Shown piece by piece: positions 8,747 to 17,803 of a stretch of 64,000 nt of DNA (positions are counted from its first letter, which is position 1; every line of letters begins with the position of its first letter). Source of the DNA: an uncultured Desulfatitalea sp. (GTDB lineage Bacteria; Desulfobacterota; Desulfobacteria; Desulfobacterales; Desulfosarcinaceae). The stretch covers positions 2,752,001 through 2,816,000 of the forward strand of contig CAXXMB010000002.1 of NCBI GenBank assembly GCA_963668675.2, in the 5' to 3' direction. Both the position numbers and the translations under genes were made by a program. Under the pieces are notes generated by a model that was not told the DNA's origin, ran no database searches, and was given only the letters and a program-made list of their open reading frames with translations.

Positions 8747-10654
8747 TTAAACAGTTCCTTCCTTTGCTATTATTTTTTTAGCCCACAGGTCCGGTGCCGT
8801 TTTGAACACCCAACGACGTTGAAGATCCAGTTTGGCGAATGCAATATGGGGCAGGTCGTCTGCCGAAGATGCGAAACGGTCTTGCCACTCGATGAGTGCT
8901 GGTGCGGGCAAGGACGAATCTATGAGCACTCCGTCAAGATGGAACAGGTCGTTCAACTCCTGCCGTACGGGCGGGATCGCTTTACTCCACCAAAAGACTT
9001 GTCGCTCCATCTCTCCGCTGTGTTGCCGTCGGGGCTCCTGGTTGACGATAGTGAAGATCACGGCCCGATTGCCGGGCTTTTCATAAAGAAAGCGTTCTTC
9101 GAGATCAAGGAAATGGGGTCGTTTGAGGTGTACGGCCGAAAGTAATTTTTTACGGTCGGGCCTTCGTCCGGGTGAGAGAAAGATCATTTCAAAGGGCGTA
9201 AAGGGATTGGCGGCAGTGAGCGTCGAAAGTATGTGGCACAGCGTCTCCTCATCGGAAAAGTTCGGATCGACAAAGAGCTGGTAGGGGTAGCTCAAACGTT
9301 TCGAGATCGATTCTATTGCTTCGGCCGGACGAGGCGACTTGAGATAGAGCTTGGTGAAGAGCGTCCGGTTGCCGATGCGGGCGGTTACATCGTCGGTTCG
9401 GCGTTTTTCCGAGCTGCGCCAGGCGATGTTCAGGTCGGGGAAGGGGTAGAACGCGGCATCGAAGCTCGTTTCGGCATACTTGATGGCCTGCTGCATTTCG
9501 CTGCTGGAAAAGGCGGGAGTTTCCAGCACCGTGTAGGGCGGTTCGGGCGTAAAAATCAGTCCGAGTGCTTTGCTCTTTCTGCGGAAATCGGTTCCGGGCA
9601 GCACAGAGAGGGGGAAGATCTGGACATCGTCGGCCAGGCCGTTTTCCGCAAGAAAGTCGACCGACCGTTTGAAGCCGGCCAGGTCGTCTCCGGGCAACCC
9701 CAGAATCAGGTCGATCTGGGGGCGGATCCCCCGTTCCTTGAGCAGGTGCGCGCCCTGGGCGAGCCGCTTGAGATCGGTGCGGCGATTCATCAGTTCGAGG
9801 GCCCTGGGATTGGTGGACTGCAGCCCGATTTCGAGCCAGCGGAAACCGACATCCTGAAAACGATCGGCCAGGGGAGCGTCGATCGATTCGGCCCGGATTT
9901 CACTCACAAAGCCGATTAGATGATCCCGGTTGCGCGCTGCCAGCTCCGCCAGAAAGGCCTGCAGGCGGGGTCGTGCGCTCAGGCATGGGTCCAGCAGATA
10001 GATCTCTCCGACGCACCGTTCCCGTGCCCAGTCAATTGCATCGAAGACAAGCGTTTCCGAGGCAAAGCTCAGCCCCTGGCGTGACTTGTTGTAGTGGCAG
10101 TAGCCGCAGTGATAGGGGCAGCCACGCTGTGTCTCCAGGAGCATGATATTGCCCGGGCCCGGGTCGAGCCATCCGGAGAGATAGGGGCTGACGTTCGATT
10201 CGAAAATGCCATCGACCGCAGCGGACGCTGAGCCGCGCTTCCAGAACCCCGGCTCGCAATGCAGTCTTTGAAAAACGGCCTCGCCCTCCCCGTAGACCAG
10301 AAAATCAGCGGGTGATCCGGTGAGCCGTGGATTGTCGGGTGTGATTTCGGGGCCGCCGAATATGATGCGCACGTCGCCAAGCTGCTTGATTCTCCCGGCA
10401 ATATACAGCGAGCGGTCCAGGTTCCAGCAATAGACGGTAAATCCTACGATAGTGGGGCGCAGGGCAATGATCCGGTCCATCAGGGCGGCGTCACCCAAAT
10501 AGGAGACTTCACTCTCGGGAAGGATAGTGACTTGGCTGTCGGCCGATGGTGCGGCCGATTGGGCCAGCCAGGCGGCGGCCAGGGGCACATTTCCGGTTTG
10601 TCGGCCAAAATTGGTTTGCGGCACCGGCAATTGAATCAATAGGGTGTTGTTCAT
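8747..10654 (-). CDS. Cobalamin-binding radical SAM protein
   Basis: VGFTVYCWN...FGGPE B12-binding domain; ETQRGCPYHCGYC (CxxxCxxC); EIGLQS; ILGLPGD. Confidence 0.9.
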   Translation of the reverse strand: MNNTLLIQLPVPQTNFGRQTGNVPLAAAWLAQSAAPSADSQVTILPESEVSYLGDAALMDRIIALRPTIVGFTVYCWNLDRSLYIAGRIKQLGDVRIIFGGPEITPDNPRLTGSPADFLVYGEGEAVFQRLHCEPGFWKRGSASAAVDGIFESNVSPYLSGWLDPGPGNIMLLETQRGCPYHCGYCHYNKSRQGLSFASETLVFDAIDWARERCVGEIYLLDPCLSARPRLQAFLAELAARNRDHLIGFVSEIRAESIDAPLADRFQDVGFRWLEIGLQSTNPRALELMNRRTDLKRLAQGAHLLKERGIRPQIDLILGLPGDDLAGFKRSVDFLAENGLADDVQIFPLSVLPGTDFRRKSKALGLIFTPEPPYTVLETPAFSSSEMQQAIKYAETSFDAAFYPFPDLNIAWRSSEKRRTDDVTARIGNRTLFTKLYLKSPRPAEAIESISKRLSYPYQLFVDPNFSDEETLCHILSTLTAANPFTPFEMIFLSPGRRPDRKKLLSAVHLKRPHFLDLEERFLYEKPGNRAVIFTIVNQEPRRQHSGEMERQVFWWSKAIPPVRQELNDLFHLDGVLIDSSLPAPALIEWQDRFASSADDLPHIAFAKLDLQRRWVFKTAPDLWAKKIIAKEGTV

Positions 10655-10673
10655 GGGGCCCGAGATTCCTGTT

Positions 10674-11417
10674 CTAATACTTTTTCCCAGCCCCATCCAC
10701 CATGGGAACGAAACGCACATCCTCAATCCTCTCTTCGATAATGTGCCCCTCTTTTTTGGTCAGTCGCACCAACTTTTGGTAGAAGAGGTTGCCTATCGGA
10801 ATGACCAGGCGGCCGCCTTCTGCCAACTGGTCGGTGAGCGGCTTGGGAATTCCGGACGGCGAGCAGGTGACGATGATGCCGTCAAACGGCGCCATTTCCG
10901 GCCATCCTCGGTATCCATCGCCGATTCTAACGTGCACCTGTTTGTATCCCATGGAGTCCAATACCTCTTCGGCCTGCTTGCCCAGGTCCGGTATGATCTC
11001 GATCGAGTAGACCACCACCCCCATTTCGGCCAGCACCGCCGCCTGGTATCCCGAGCCGGTGCCGATCTCAAGGACCCGCTGGCCCGGCCGCACCTTGAGC
11101 ACCTCCGACATCAAGGCAACGATGTAGGGCTGGGAGATGGTCTGATCGTGCCCGATGGGCAGGGGTTGGTCGTCATAGGCCTTGGATTGCAGCGCTTCAG
11201 GGACGAAGCGATGCCTCGGTACGCTGCGCATGGCCCGCAGGACGGCTTCATCCTCGATGCCGCGTTTTGCGAGCTGCCGCGTCACCATCTCGCGGCGTTC
11301 GTCAGCCCTGTCGTCCGGGCGCTCTGCGGCTGGACAGTCGCCAATGGTTATCTGAAGTAAAAGGGGCAGTATCGTAAAGAGAGAAAGGCGTGCCAGGAGA
11401 CAATGATAGGTCGGCAT
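10674..11417 (-). CDS. pcm: Protein-L-isoaspartate O-methyltransferase with hydrophobic N-terminal extension
   Basis: VPRHRFVP, QTISQPYIVA, VLEIGTGSGYQAA, APFDGIIVT. Confidence 0.92.
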   Translation of the reverse strand: MPTYHCLLARLSLFTILPLLLQITIGDCPAAERPDDRADERREMVTRQLAKRGIEDEAVLRAMRSVPRHRFVPEALQSKAYDDQPLPIGHDQTISQPYIVALMSEVLKVRPGQRVLEIGTGSGYQAAVLAEMGVVVYSIEIIPDLGKQAEEVLDSMGYKQVHVRIGDGYRGWPEMAPFDGIIVTCSPSGIPKPLTDQLAEGGRLVIPIGNLFYQKLVRLTKKEGHIIEERIEDVRFVPMVDGAGKKY

Positions 11418-11672
11418 GGTCTATCCTCCTGTTGTTGGTCCTCCTGTTCTTATAGAGCACCCGCTTTTACGCGATTTAACTTTTTTGTTGCAACGGTCCC
11501 TCATCTCCTGATCGGCCGATCCATTGATCGGCGGTCCACACCCGAGCCTCCCGGTGCCCCAGGCAGTGGGCGTGGCGCATCACATAGCTTTGGATTCTAT
11601 TAATTTCGGATATCGAGTTTAATTGCATACGATCGACGGGATTTGTCAAGGGGAGGGATATACAGGTCGCCT

Positions 11673-11700
11673 GTAGGGGCACGACGCATCGTGCCCCTAC
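11673..11700. repeat. GTAG-type REP palindrome
   Basis: GTAGGGGCACGA-cgca-TCGTGCCCCTAC, a perfect 12-bp stem in intergenic DNA. Confidence 0.75.
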
Positions 11701-11730
11701 GAATATATTCGGGTTTTTTTGTGCATGCGA

Positions 11731-12468
11731 TCACTTCAGGGTAGCCGTCAGGTACTCGGAGAAACGCTGCCACGATTTTTGGTCCGCATCCTTTCGGTAG
11801 CGCTCACCGCCGAAAACGGTAAAGGCGTGGGGCGCTCCGCCGTAGGTGATCATCTCGTGAGCCACGCCGCTACTTTCCAACTCCTGGGCGAGTGCGGCGA
11901 AATGTTCCATGGTGATGGCCGTGTCGGCCGTGCCGTGCATGATCAGCAGGCTGCCTTTGGTTTTTGAGTAGTTCTGCCCCTCCGGGGTGCTCAAACCGCC
12001 GTGAAACGTGACAAAGCCTTTCAGGTCGGCGCCGGACCTGGCCAGCTCCAAAACCGCCGCACCGCCGAAGCAGTACCCCATGGCCACGGCATTGCCGCTG
12101 TTGCCCCCCTGAGCCTCGGCCGTTTTCAGAGCGCCATAGAGCAGGGCGCGCATTTTTTCCCGATCTTTGTAGAGTTCGCCGGTGTGCTGACGGCGGTCCT
12201 TCACCTCCTTCGGGCGGACCCCGGCCCCGAACAGATCGGCTGCAAACACGGCATACCCCATTTCGGCCAGCATTTCGGCCCGTTTGACCTCGTAATCGGT
12301 CAACCCGTCCCAGTCGTGAATCAGCAACACCAGCGGTGCATTTTTCGAAGGGCTGACATAGTAGCCCTCGTAAGGCGCCCCATTCACCTGGTAAGTTATT
12401 GACTTGCCGGCTGCGCCGGCCATAGACGTCATCATCATGATTGAAATAAGAGCGATCAATCCTTTCAT
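11731..12468 (-). CDS. Dienelactone hydrolase family protein (exported)
   Basis: Signal peptide; GYCFGG nucleophile elbow; HGTAD; HAFT. Confidence 0.92.
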   Translation of the reverse strand: MKGLIALISIMMMTSMAGAAGKSITYQVNGAPYEGYYVSPSKNAPLVLLIHDWDGLTDYEVKRAEMLAEMGYAVFAADLFGAGVRPKEVKDRRQHTGELYKDREKMRALLYGALKTAEAQGGNSGNAVAMGYCFGGAAVLELARSGADLKGFVTFHGGLSTPEGQNYSKTKGSLLIMHGTADTAITMEHFAALAQELESSGVAHEMITYGGAPHAFTVFGGERYRKDADQKSWQRFSEYLTATLK

Positions 12469-12639
12469 AGGATGCCTCCTTGTGGCTTTGAATTGATGAA
12501 TGTCATTTCAGCGGGCTGTGAGAGAAGAGCGGGGAGTACCGATAACCGATGGGGCGTGATTGCCGCTGGAATGACCGGAAGGTATAGGCCCTAATTTAGG
12601 CACGGTTCGCAAAAAAGCAAAACGCTTCAGGCGTAGCCT

Positions 12640-12978
12640 TTAATAATCCTCGAAAGGCTGCAGTCCATAAGCGGATCTGGCTTGGGCACAGGCGCTGTTA
12701 TGGCAATGAATGTCCCAACCGGGGAGAAAATTTTTGCATGTGGAGGGCCTGCAGAGGTAAATCGAGCAGTTGACATTTTGGCCGATGGTTCCGACCAGAG
12801 CGGTACACCGTTTGAAAAATCCGTTGGTTCCTTTCATGGCACTTCGCGATTTGTTGATGTGTACCACCAAGGCAAGCGGTACAAGGCCCCCTTCATGGTC
12901 ATCCACCTCAGTGGATAGAAAAGCGACCTTGTAAAAGGCACAACAAGCTCCGCAGCTTTGGCATCGATTTGTATTCAA
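12640..12978 (-). CDS. YkgJ family cysteine-cluster protein
   Basis: CQSCGACC...RCTAL...CSIYLCRPSTC. Confidence 0.85.
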   Translation of the reverse strand: MNTNRCQSCGACCAFYKVAFLSTEVDDHEGGLVPLALVVHINKSRSAMKGTNGFFKRCTALVGTIGQNVNCSIYLCRPSTCKNFLPGWDIHCHNSACAQARSAYGLQPFEDY

Positions 12979-13091
12979 TATATGTGGCCAGTCCCTGGCT
13001 GGTTACTATAAGTAGCACCTTTCCTTAGAAATAGGGAGCGATAAATGGATTGGCGGGAAAGATCGAAAAGAGACGCAACACCGAGGCAAGC

Positions 13092-14429
13092 TTAAGATAG
13101 GTCTCTCTCAAACGTGTCCCTTTCCATCCGGTGGGATAAATTCAGGATGTCTGTCCCAGAGGGGTATTGGAAGATCTTCAGATCGAACTCGCCGACAATG
13201 GAGAGGAGGTGGTCGAAGATGTCGGATTGGACGGCTTCGTAGTTGACCCAGGCCTTGTCTTTGCAGAAGGCGTAAACCTCCAGCGGTAAACCTTGCGCGG
13301 TCGGTGCCAACTGCCGCACCATCAGGATCAGCTCCGTATTGATCATGGGGTGGCTGCGCAGGTAGGCTGCCGCATAGGCCCTGAAGGTGCCGATGTTGGT
13401 CAGGCGCCGGGTGTTGGCGGAATCCTGCGACTGTCCGCCCAGCTCGCTGTTGTGCCGCGCAACCTCCTGATGCTTTTGCTGCATGTATTCGGAGATGTGG
13501 CGGATACCGGCATAGCGTGTCAGCATCTCCGGTGTGCAGAATTTGATGGAATTCATATCGATAAAGATGGCCCGTTTGATGCGTCTGCCCTTGGACTCCT
13601 GCATTCCGCGCCAGTTCTTGAACGAGTCGTTGATCAGGGCATAGGTTGGAATGGTGGTGATGGTATTGTCCCAGTTGGCCACCTTGACGGTCGTCAGGGT
13701 GATGTCCATCACGTCGCCGTCGGCCCCATATTTGGGCATTTCGATCCAGTCGCCGTTTTTCAGCATGCGGTTGGAGATCAGCTGAATGCCGGCCACGAAC
13801 CCCAGTATGGGATCTTTGAAGATCAGCATCAAGACAGCTGTGAGTGCCCCCAAGCCGCTGAGCAGGTAGATCGGGGAGCGGTCGAGCACCACGGCGACGG
13901 CCATGATCAGCGCGGTGCAGTAGAGGATGATTTTGAGCACCTGGGCGAAGCCCTTGAGCGGGATCTCCCGGGAGACGCGCAAGGTCTGGTAGATGTCGTG
14001 CAGAGAGTTGATCAGGGCGTCCACCACCAGCGCACCAACGACGATAAAGTAGATATTGAGAACGCCCGCAGCCGTGGCAATGGCATGGTCGTAACCTTTG
14101 AGCACCATGGGAAGAAAAAGGTGGATGATGAGCGCCGGTACGATCAAGGTGAGGCGCATGAAGAGCTGGTTTTCCTGCAGCCGGTTGTCCCAGGCCATCT
14201 TCGTACGTTCGATCAGGCGGTGCACGATACTGCGCGCGATACGGCGGCTGATTTGAAATGCAATAGAGGCGATCAGCAGCACAGCCGCTGCCAGGATGGC
14301 CCTGGCCAGGATCGTACTGGACTCAGTGCCCAGGTTGAAGGCTGATAGCCAAGATTCAATCCATTGGGAAAGGCTCATGATAACCTCTTCTTTTTCGGTC
14401 GTCATCTCTACCACTGCTTGTTCAGACAA
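13092..14429 (-). CDS. MscS-family mechanosensitive channel (YbdG-like)
   Basis: GLGALTAVLMLIFKD, GDWIEMPKYGADG, NWRGMQESKGRRIKR. Confidence 0.92.
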   Translation of the reverse strand: MSEQAVVEMTTEKEEVIMSLSQWIESWLSAFNLGTESSTILARAILAAAVLLIASIAFQISRRIARSIVHRLIERTKMAWDNRLQENQLFMRLTLIVPALIIHLFLPMVLKGYDHAIATAAGVLNIYFIVVGALVVDALINSLHDIYQTLRVSREIPLKGFAQVLKIILYCTALIMAVAVVLDRSPIYLLSGLGALTAVLMLIFKDPILGFVAGIQLISNRMLKNGDWIEMPKYGADGDVMDITLTTVKVANWDNTITTIPTYALINDSFKNWRGMQESKGRRIKRAIFIDMNSIKFCTPEMLTRYAGIRHISEYMQQKHQEVARHNSELGGQSQDSANTRRLTNIGTFRAYAAAYLRSHPMINTELILMVRQLAPTAQGLPLEVYAFCKDKAWVNYEAVQSDIFDHLLSIVGEFDLKIFQYPSGTDILNLSHRMERDTFERDLS

Positions 14430-15264
14430 GATAGAAATGCGATCTCTCCCGATCGCTCTCTCTTAACACCACCCCATCCTTCTCCAGTTTCTCCAGGTGT
14501 GCCAGAACGGTCCTTTCAGCCCTTGGCTGCAGATCATGGCCATGCATCTGGAAATCCTCTTCGTTGTAGATCGCCTTTGTGATTTTTGGAATCGTTGATA
14601 GACCGCTATGCAGCGCTTCGAGCACGCGCGTCTCCCGCATCAGGCGATGGTCGATGTACCAACGGATGCGATCGGGTGCGCGCTTGTCGATCACCGGGCC
14701 GTGGGAAGGACAGATGATTCTGACATCCATTTCGGCCAGTCGATTCAGTGTGTTCAGGTAGTCTGCCATATCTCCCTCCGGCGGCGATATGATCGAGGTG
14801 CCATATCCCAGAATCGTATCGCCTGAGAAGAGCATCCCTTTCTCCTGGATATAGAAGCAGAGGTGCGCTGGGGAGTGGCCCGGTGTGTCCAACACCTGGA
14901 TGATGTGCTCGGATGTTTCGATCACCTCTCCACCTGAAAAGCGGTCGATGAGATGGCCCTTGGACGTGCCGAAGGTCATTCGATTCCCATTGTTGCGATG
15001 GCACAAGATCCGGCCGTTGTATGTTTCCACAAGGGCTTCGATGCCGCCGTAGTGGTCCGGATGAGGGTGGGTAATGGCAGCGTAACGAATCAATCCGATA
15101 CCGCTCTCCTTTAAACAGATCTCAAGGCTGCCGCCGCTTTCAAAGATCGGGTCGATCAGGAGCGCTTCTTTGTCTCGGCCAATAACATAGCAATTCGTCG
15201 TATGGTGCGGAGGAAGGGTAAAGGTATGGACGGTCGCTTTATGGATGTGGCGACTCAATCTCAT
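14422..15264 (-). CDS. MBL-fold metallo-hydrolase (LACTB2-like)
   Basis: THPHPDHYGG, TPGHS, FSGDTILG, PSHG. Confidence 0.9.
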   Translation of the reverse strand: MRLSRHIHKATVHTFTLPPHHTTNCYVIGRDKEALLIDPIFESGGSLEICLKESGIGLIRYAAITHPHPDHYGGIEALVETYNGRILCHRNNGNRMTFGTSKGHLIDRFSGGEVIETSEHIIQVLDTPGHSPAHLCFYIQEKGMLFSGDTILGYGTSIISPPEGDMADYLNTLNRLAEMDVRIICPSHGPVIDKRAPDRIRWYIDHRLMRETRVLEALHSGLSTIPKITKAIYNEEDFQMHGHDLQPRAERTVLAHLEKLEKDGVVLRESDRERSHFYLV

Positions 15265-15267
15265 CTT

Positions 15268-15945
15268 CTACCGCCATGCAAACATCGGTTGTTCGAAGTG
15301 GGCCACCCTCGTCTCGTTTCCCAAAATGGCCACCTCTCTGAACTGGTACAGCAGAGCGGCTGTGGGGGAGGCGATCCAGCTGTTCCCGACGGGCATGTAG
15401 AGGATCGGGTGCGGACTGTGGGAAACCTCCTCCAGTATTGGAGCGTCCGGCCGCAGAAATTCCCGGATGGGAATCCGGTGAACGGATCGAACCTCCTCGG
15501 GATTGGGCATCAGTTGCGCTTCCAGCCCCCCCCATATCACGATGGGTGTCATAATGAACCCTGAACGGGTGGCAAAATCATCCAGGCGGCCCATAATTCG
15601 CTCTTGGGGCAACCTTAGCGCCACCTCCTCTTCTAGCTCTCTCAATGCGGTCTCCTCCGGCGTCTCCCCCTCTTCCAGCCGTCCACCGGGGATCGCCCAC
15701 TGGCCGGCATGGTGCTTCAGTCTGGAAGATCGTCGGGTCAAAATGAGCGCGGCGTCCATCTCCTGCACCGGATATGAGGAGATACCTCCCCCATGCGAAC
15801 TGCAATCGACATCCACCACTGTGAGCGCTACCGCCGCCCGCCTCATCTCGTCGCCGCGGTGCTCCTTGTGAACAAATGCTTGGAGATTGCTTTCGATATG
15901 GTCGCGCAGCTGCTCACCGCACAAAAATTGGGCGTTCCGATCCAT
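15268..15945 (-). CDS. CoA pyrophosphatase (NudL-like NUDIX)
   Basis: LTRRSSRLKHHAGQWAIPGG plus Nudix box ETALRELEEEV. Confidence 0.88.
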   Translation of the reverse strand: MDRNAQFLCGEQLRDHIESNLQAFVHKEHRGDEMRRAAVALTVVDVDCSSHGGGISSYPVQEMDAALILTRRSSRLKHHAGQWAIPGGRLEEGETPEETALRELEEEVALRLPQERIMGRLDDFATRSGFIMTPIVIWGGLEAQLMPNPEEVRSVHRIPIREFLRPDAPILEEVSHSPHPILYMPVGNSWIASPTAALLYQFREVAILGNETRVAHFEQPMFAWR

Positions 15946-16433
15946 GGATTCAATATGCCTGCTGTTTTGCTTCAACCTGCCGATGTCCGTTCTGTTGTGC
16001 CAAATTCGATGCGCCAACTCCCATGATCCTCATTTGCTTCCCTGATGATGCCAAACCCTTAAAACATAACCATCCTGGATCCTATAGTCGAGGATATTCT
16101 TTTGGTCGGCCATCCCGAACCGGACGCCAGAATGGATTTTAAAGAAGCGCCTCGTACTGAGTCGAAGCTTTTTGCCTGTCGTTTTTCTGTCACCAAATAC
16201 TCAATTTTGTGAAAAAAAAGCCATAATTCAAGCCATGTTTCCCATTTTCCAGGGTTGTTTTTTGATTGGTATGCGATTAACCATTTGAAATTATATTCAA
16301 TGTGCAAATGGATGGATTTTTGGAATACTCTTTGCTTCCCCACTGAACTAATGGCCGCAGCGCCAGGCCGGTGAGCGAAGACGTTGAGCGGGTTTCGTTG
16401 GAGAAAAGATCGAATTGGAAAGGGATAGTAACG

Positions 16434-17768
16434 ATGACAGGGCGGATAGGATTTGTATCGACGCGATTTGCAGGAACGGACGGCGTCAGCTTGGAAGCGG
16501 CCAAATGGTCCCATGTGCTCGAAGAAGATGGATACCGCTGTTACTGGTTTGCAGGTGAACTGGACCGTGACGAGGCGAGCAGCTTCCTCACTCCCGAAGC
16601 GCATTTCAAGCATCCGCTGGTCAACCACATCTCTGAGAACATCTTCGGCCGCACCAGCCGTACGCCTGAGACTACGGAGATGATCCATGCCCTGCGCGCT
16701 GCTTTGAAAAAAGAGTTGTATCGATTCATCCGGCAATACGAGATCGAACTGCTCATCGTTCAAAATGCGCTCACCATCCCCATGAATCTGCCCTTGGGGC
16801 TGGCCCTGGCCGAGGTGATCTCCGAAACCCAGATGCCGATCATCGCTCATCACCACGACTTTTTCTGGGAACGCAAACGATTCAGCGTCAACGCAGTGGG
16901 CGAGTATCTGCCTATGGCGTTTCCCGCCGATTTGCCCAACATCCGCCATGTGGTGATCAATTCGCCGGCCCAGAGGGATCTGGCGCACCGCCGCGGCATA
17001 GCTGCGACCCTGATTCCCAACATGCTTGACTTCGAACAGCCACCCCGTATCGATCACGAGCAGGTCGCCCGCTTTCGCCATGCCATCGGTTTGGAACCCG
17101 GGGATCGGATGGTGTTGCAGCCGACCCGCTTGATCAAACGCAAAGGCATCGAGCATGTGATTGAACTGGTCAAGGCCATGGACCATCCGCGCTGCAAGTT
17201 AGTGATCTCCCATGAAGACGGCGACGAGGGGCAAGGCTACAGCGAATGGCTGCAGTCGGCAGCCCTTAACCATGGCGTCGATCTGCGGTTGGTGACGCAC
17301 AATGTGGTCAGCCCATGGAGTGAGGCTGCTGTCGTCAACGGGCAGTTTACATTGTGGACGGTTTACGCGGCTGCCGATCTGGTGACTTTCTGCAGCCTTT
17401 ACGAGGGGTTCGGCAATGGCCTGCTCGAAGCCGTTTACTTCAAAAAGCCGGTGGTGATCAATCGATATGAGATCTTCGTCAAAGATATAGAGCCGCTCGG
17501 TTTCGAGTTTATCACCATGGATGGCTACCTCACGCCGGATGTTGTCGGAGCGGCCCGGGACATCATCTCGGGTAATGGAGAAGTGGATGTGGCTGTAGAG
17601 AGAAATTACGAGATCGCAAAAACACACTTCTCCTACCAAGTTTTGCGTCGGCGCCTGCAATCCGTTCTCAGTGAGATGGGCAATGTCTCACCGTCGCAGA
17701 TGATCTCCCGTCCTCCCGGACGTCCGCTGCAGATTCTTGAGAAGATGCCCTTGCAGATGGCCGTCTGA
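16434..17768 (+). CDS. GT4 glycosyltransferase, MggS (mannosylglucosylglycerate synthase)-like
   Basis: RFAGTDGVSLE, HHHDFFWER, PTRLIKRKGIE, YEGFGN. Confidence 0.85.
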   Translation: MTGRIGFVSTRFAGTDGVSLEAAKWSHVLEEDGYRCYWFAGELDRDEASSFLTPEAHFKHPLVNHISENIFGRTSRTPETTEMIHALRAALKKELYRFIRQYEIELLIVQNALTIPMNLPLGLALAEVISETQMPIIAHHHDFFWERKRFSVNAVGEYLPMAFPADLPNIRHVVINSPAQRDLAHRRGIAATLIPNMLDFEQPPRIDHEQVARFRHAIGLEPGDRMVLQPTRLIKRKGIEHVIELVKAMDHPRCKLVISHEDGDEGQGYSEWLQSAALNHGVDLRLVTHNVVSPWSEAAVVNGQFTLWTVYAAADLVTFCSLYEGFGNGLLEAVYFKKPVVINRYEIFVKDIEPLGFEFITMDGYLTPDVVGAARDIISGNGEVDVAVERNYEIAKTHFSYQVLRRRLQSVLSEMGNVSPSQMISRPPGRPLQILEKMPLQMAV

Positions 17769-17803
17769 AGTGCGCCGCAGATGACGTCTATTCGAAACGA
17801 ACG

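Noticed and set aside
13293..14345. Long antisense ORFs (also 16059-17186, 19492-20520, 29760-30728, 31680-32660, 52405-53418)
   Set aside because: Shadow frames of well-supported genes in GC-rich DNA, with no motifs.
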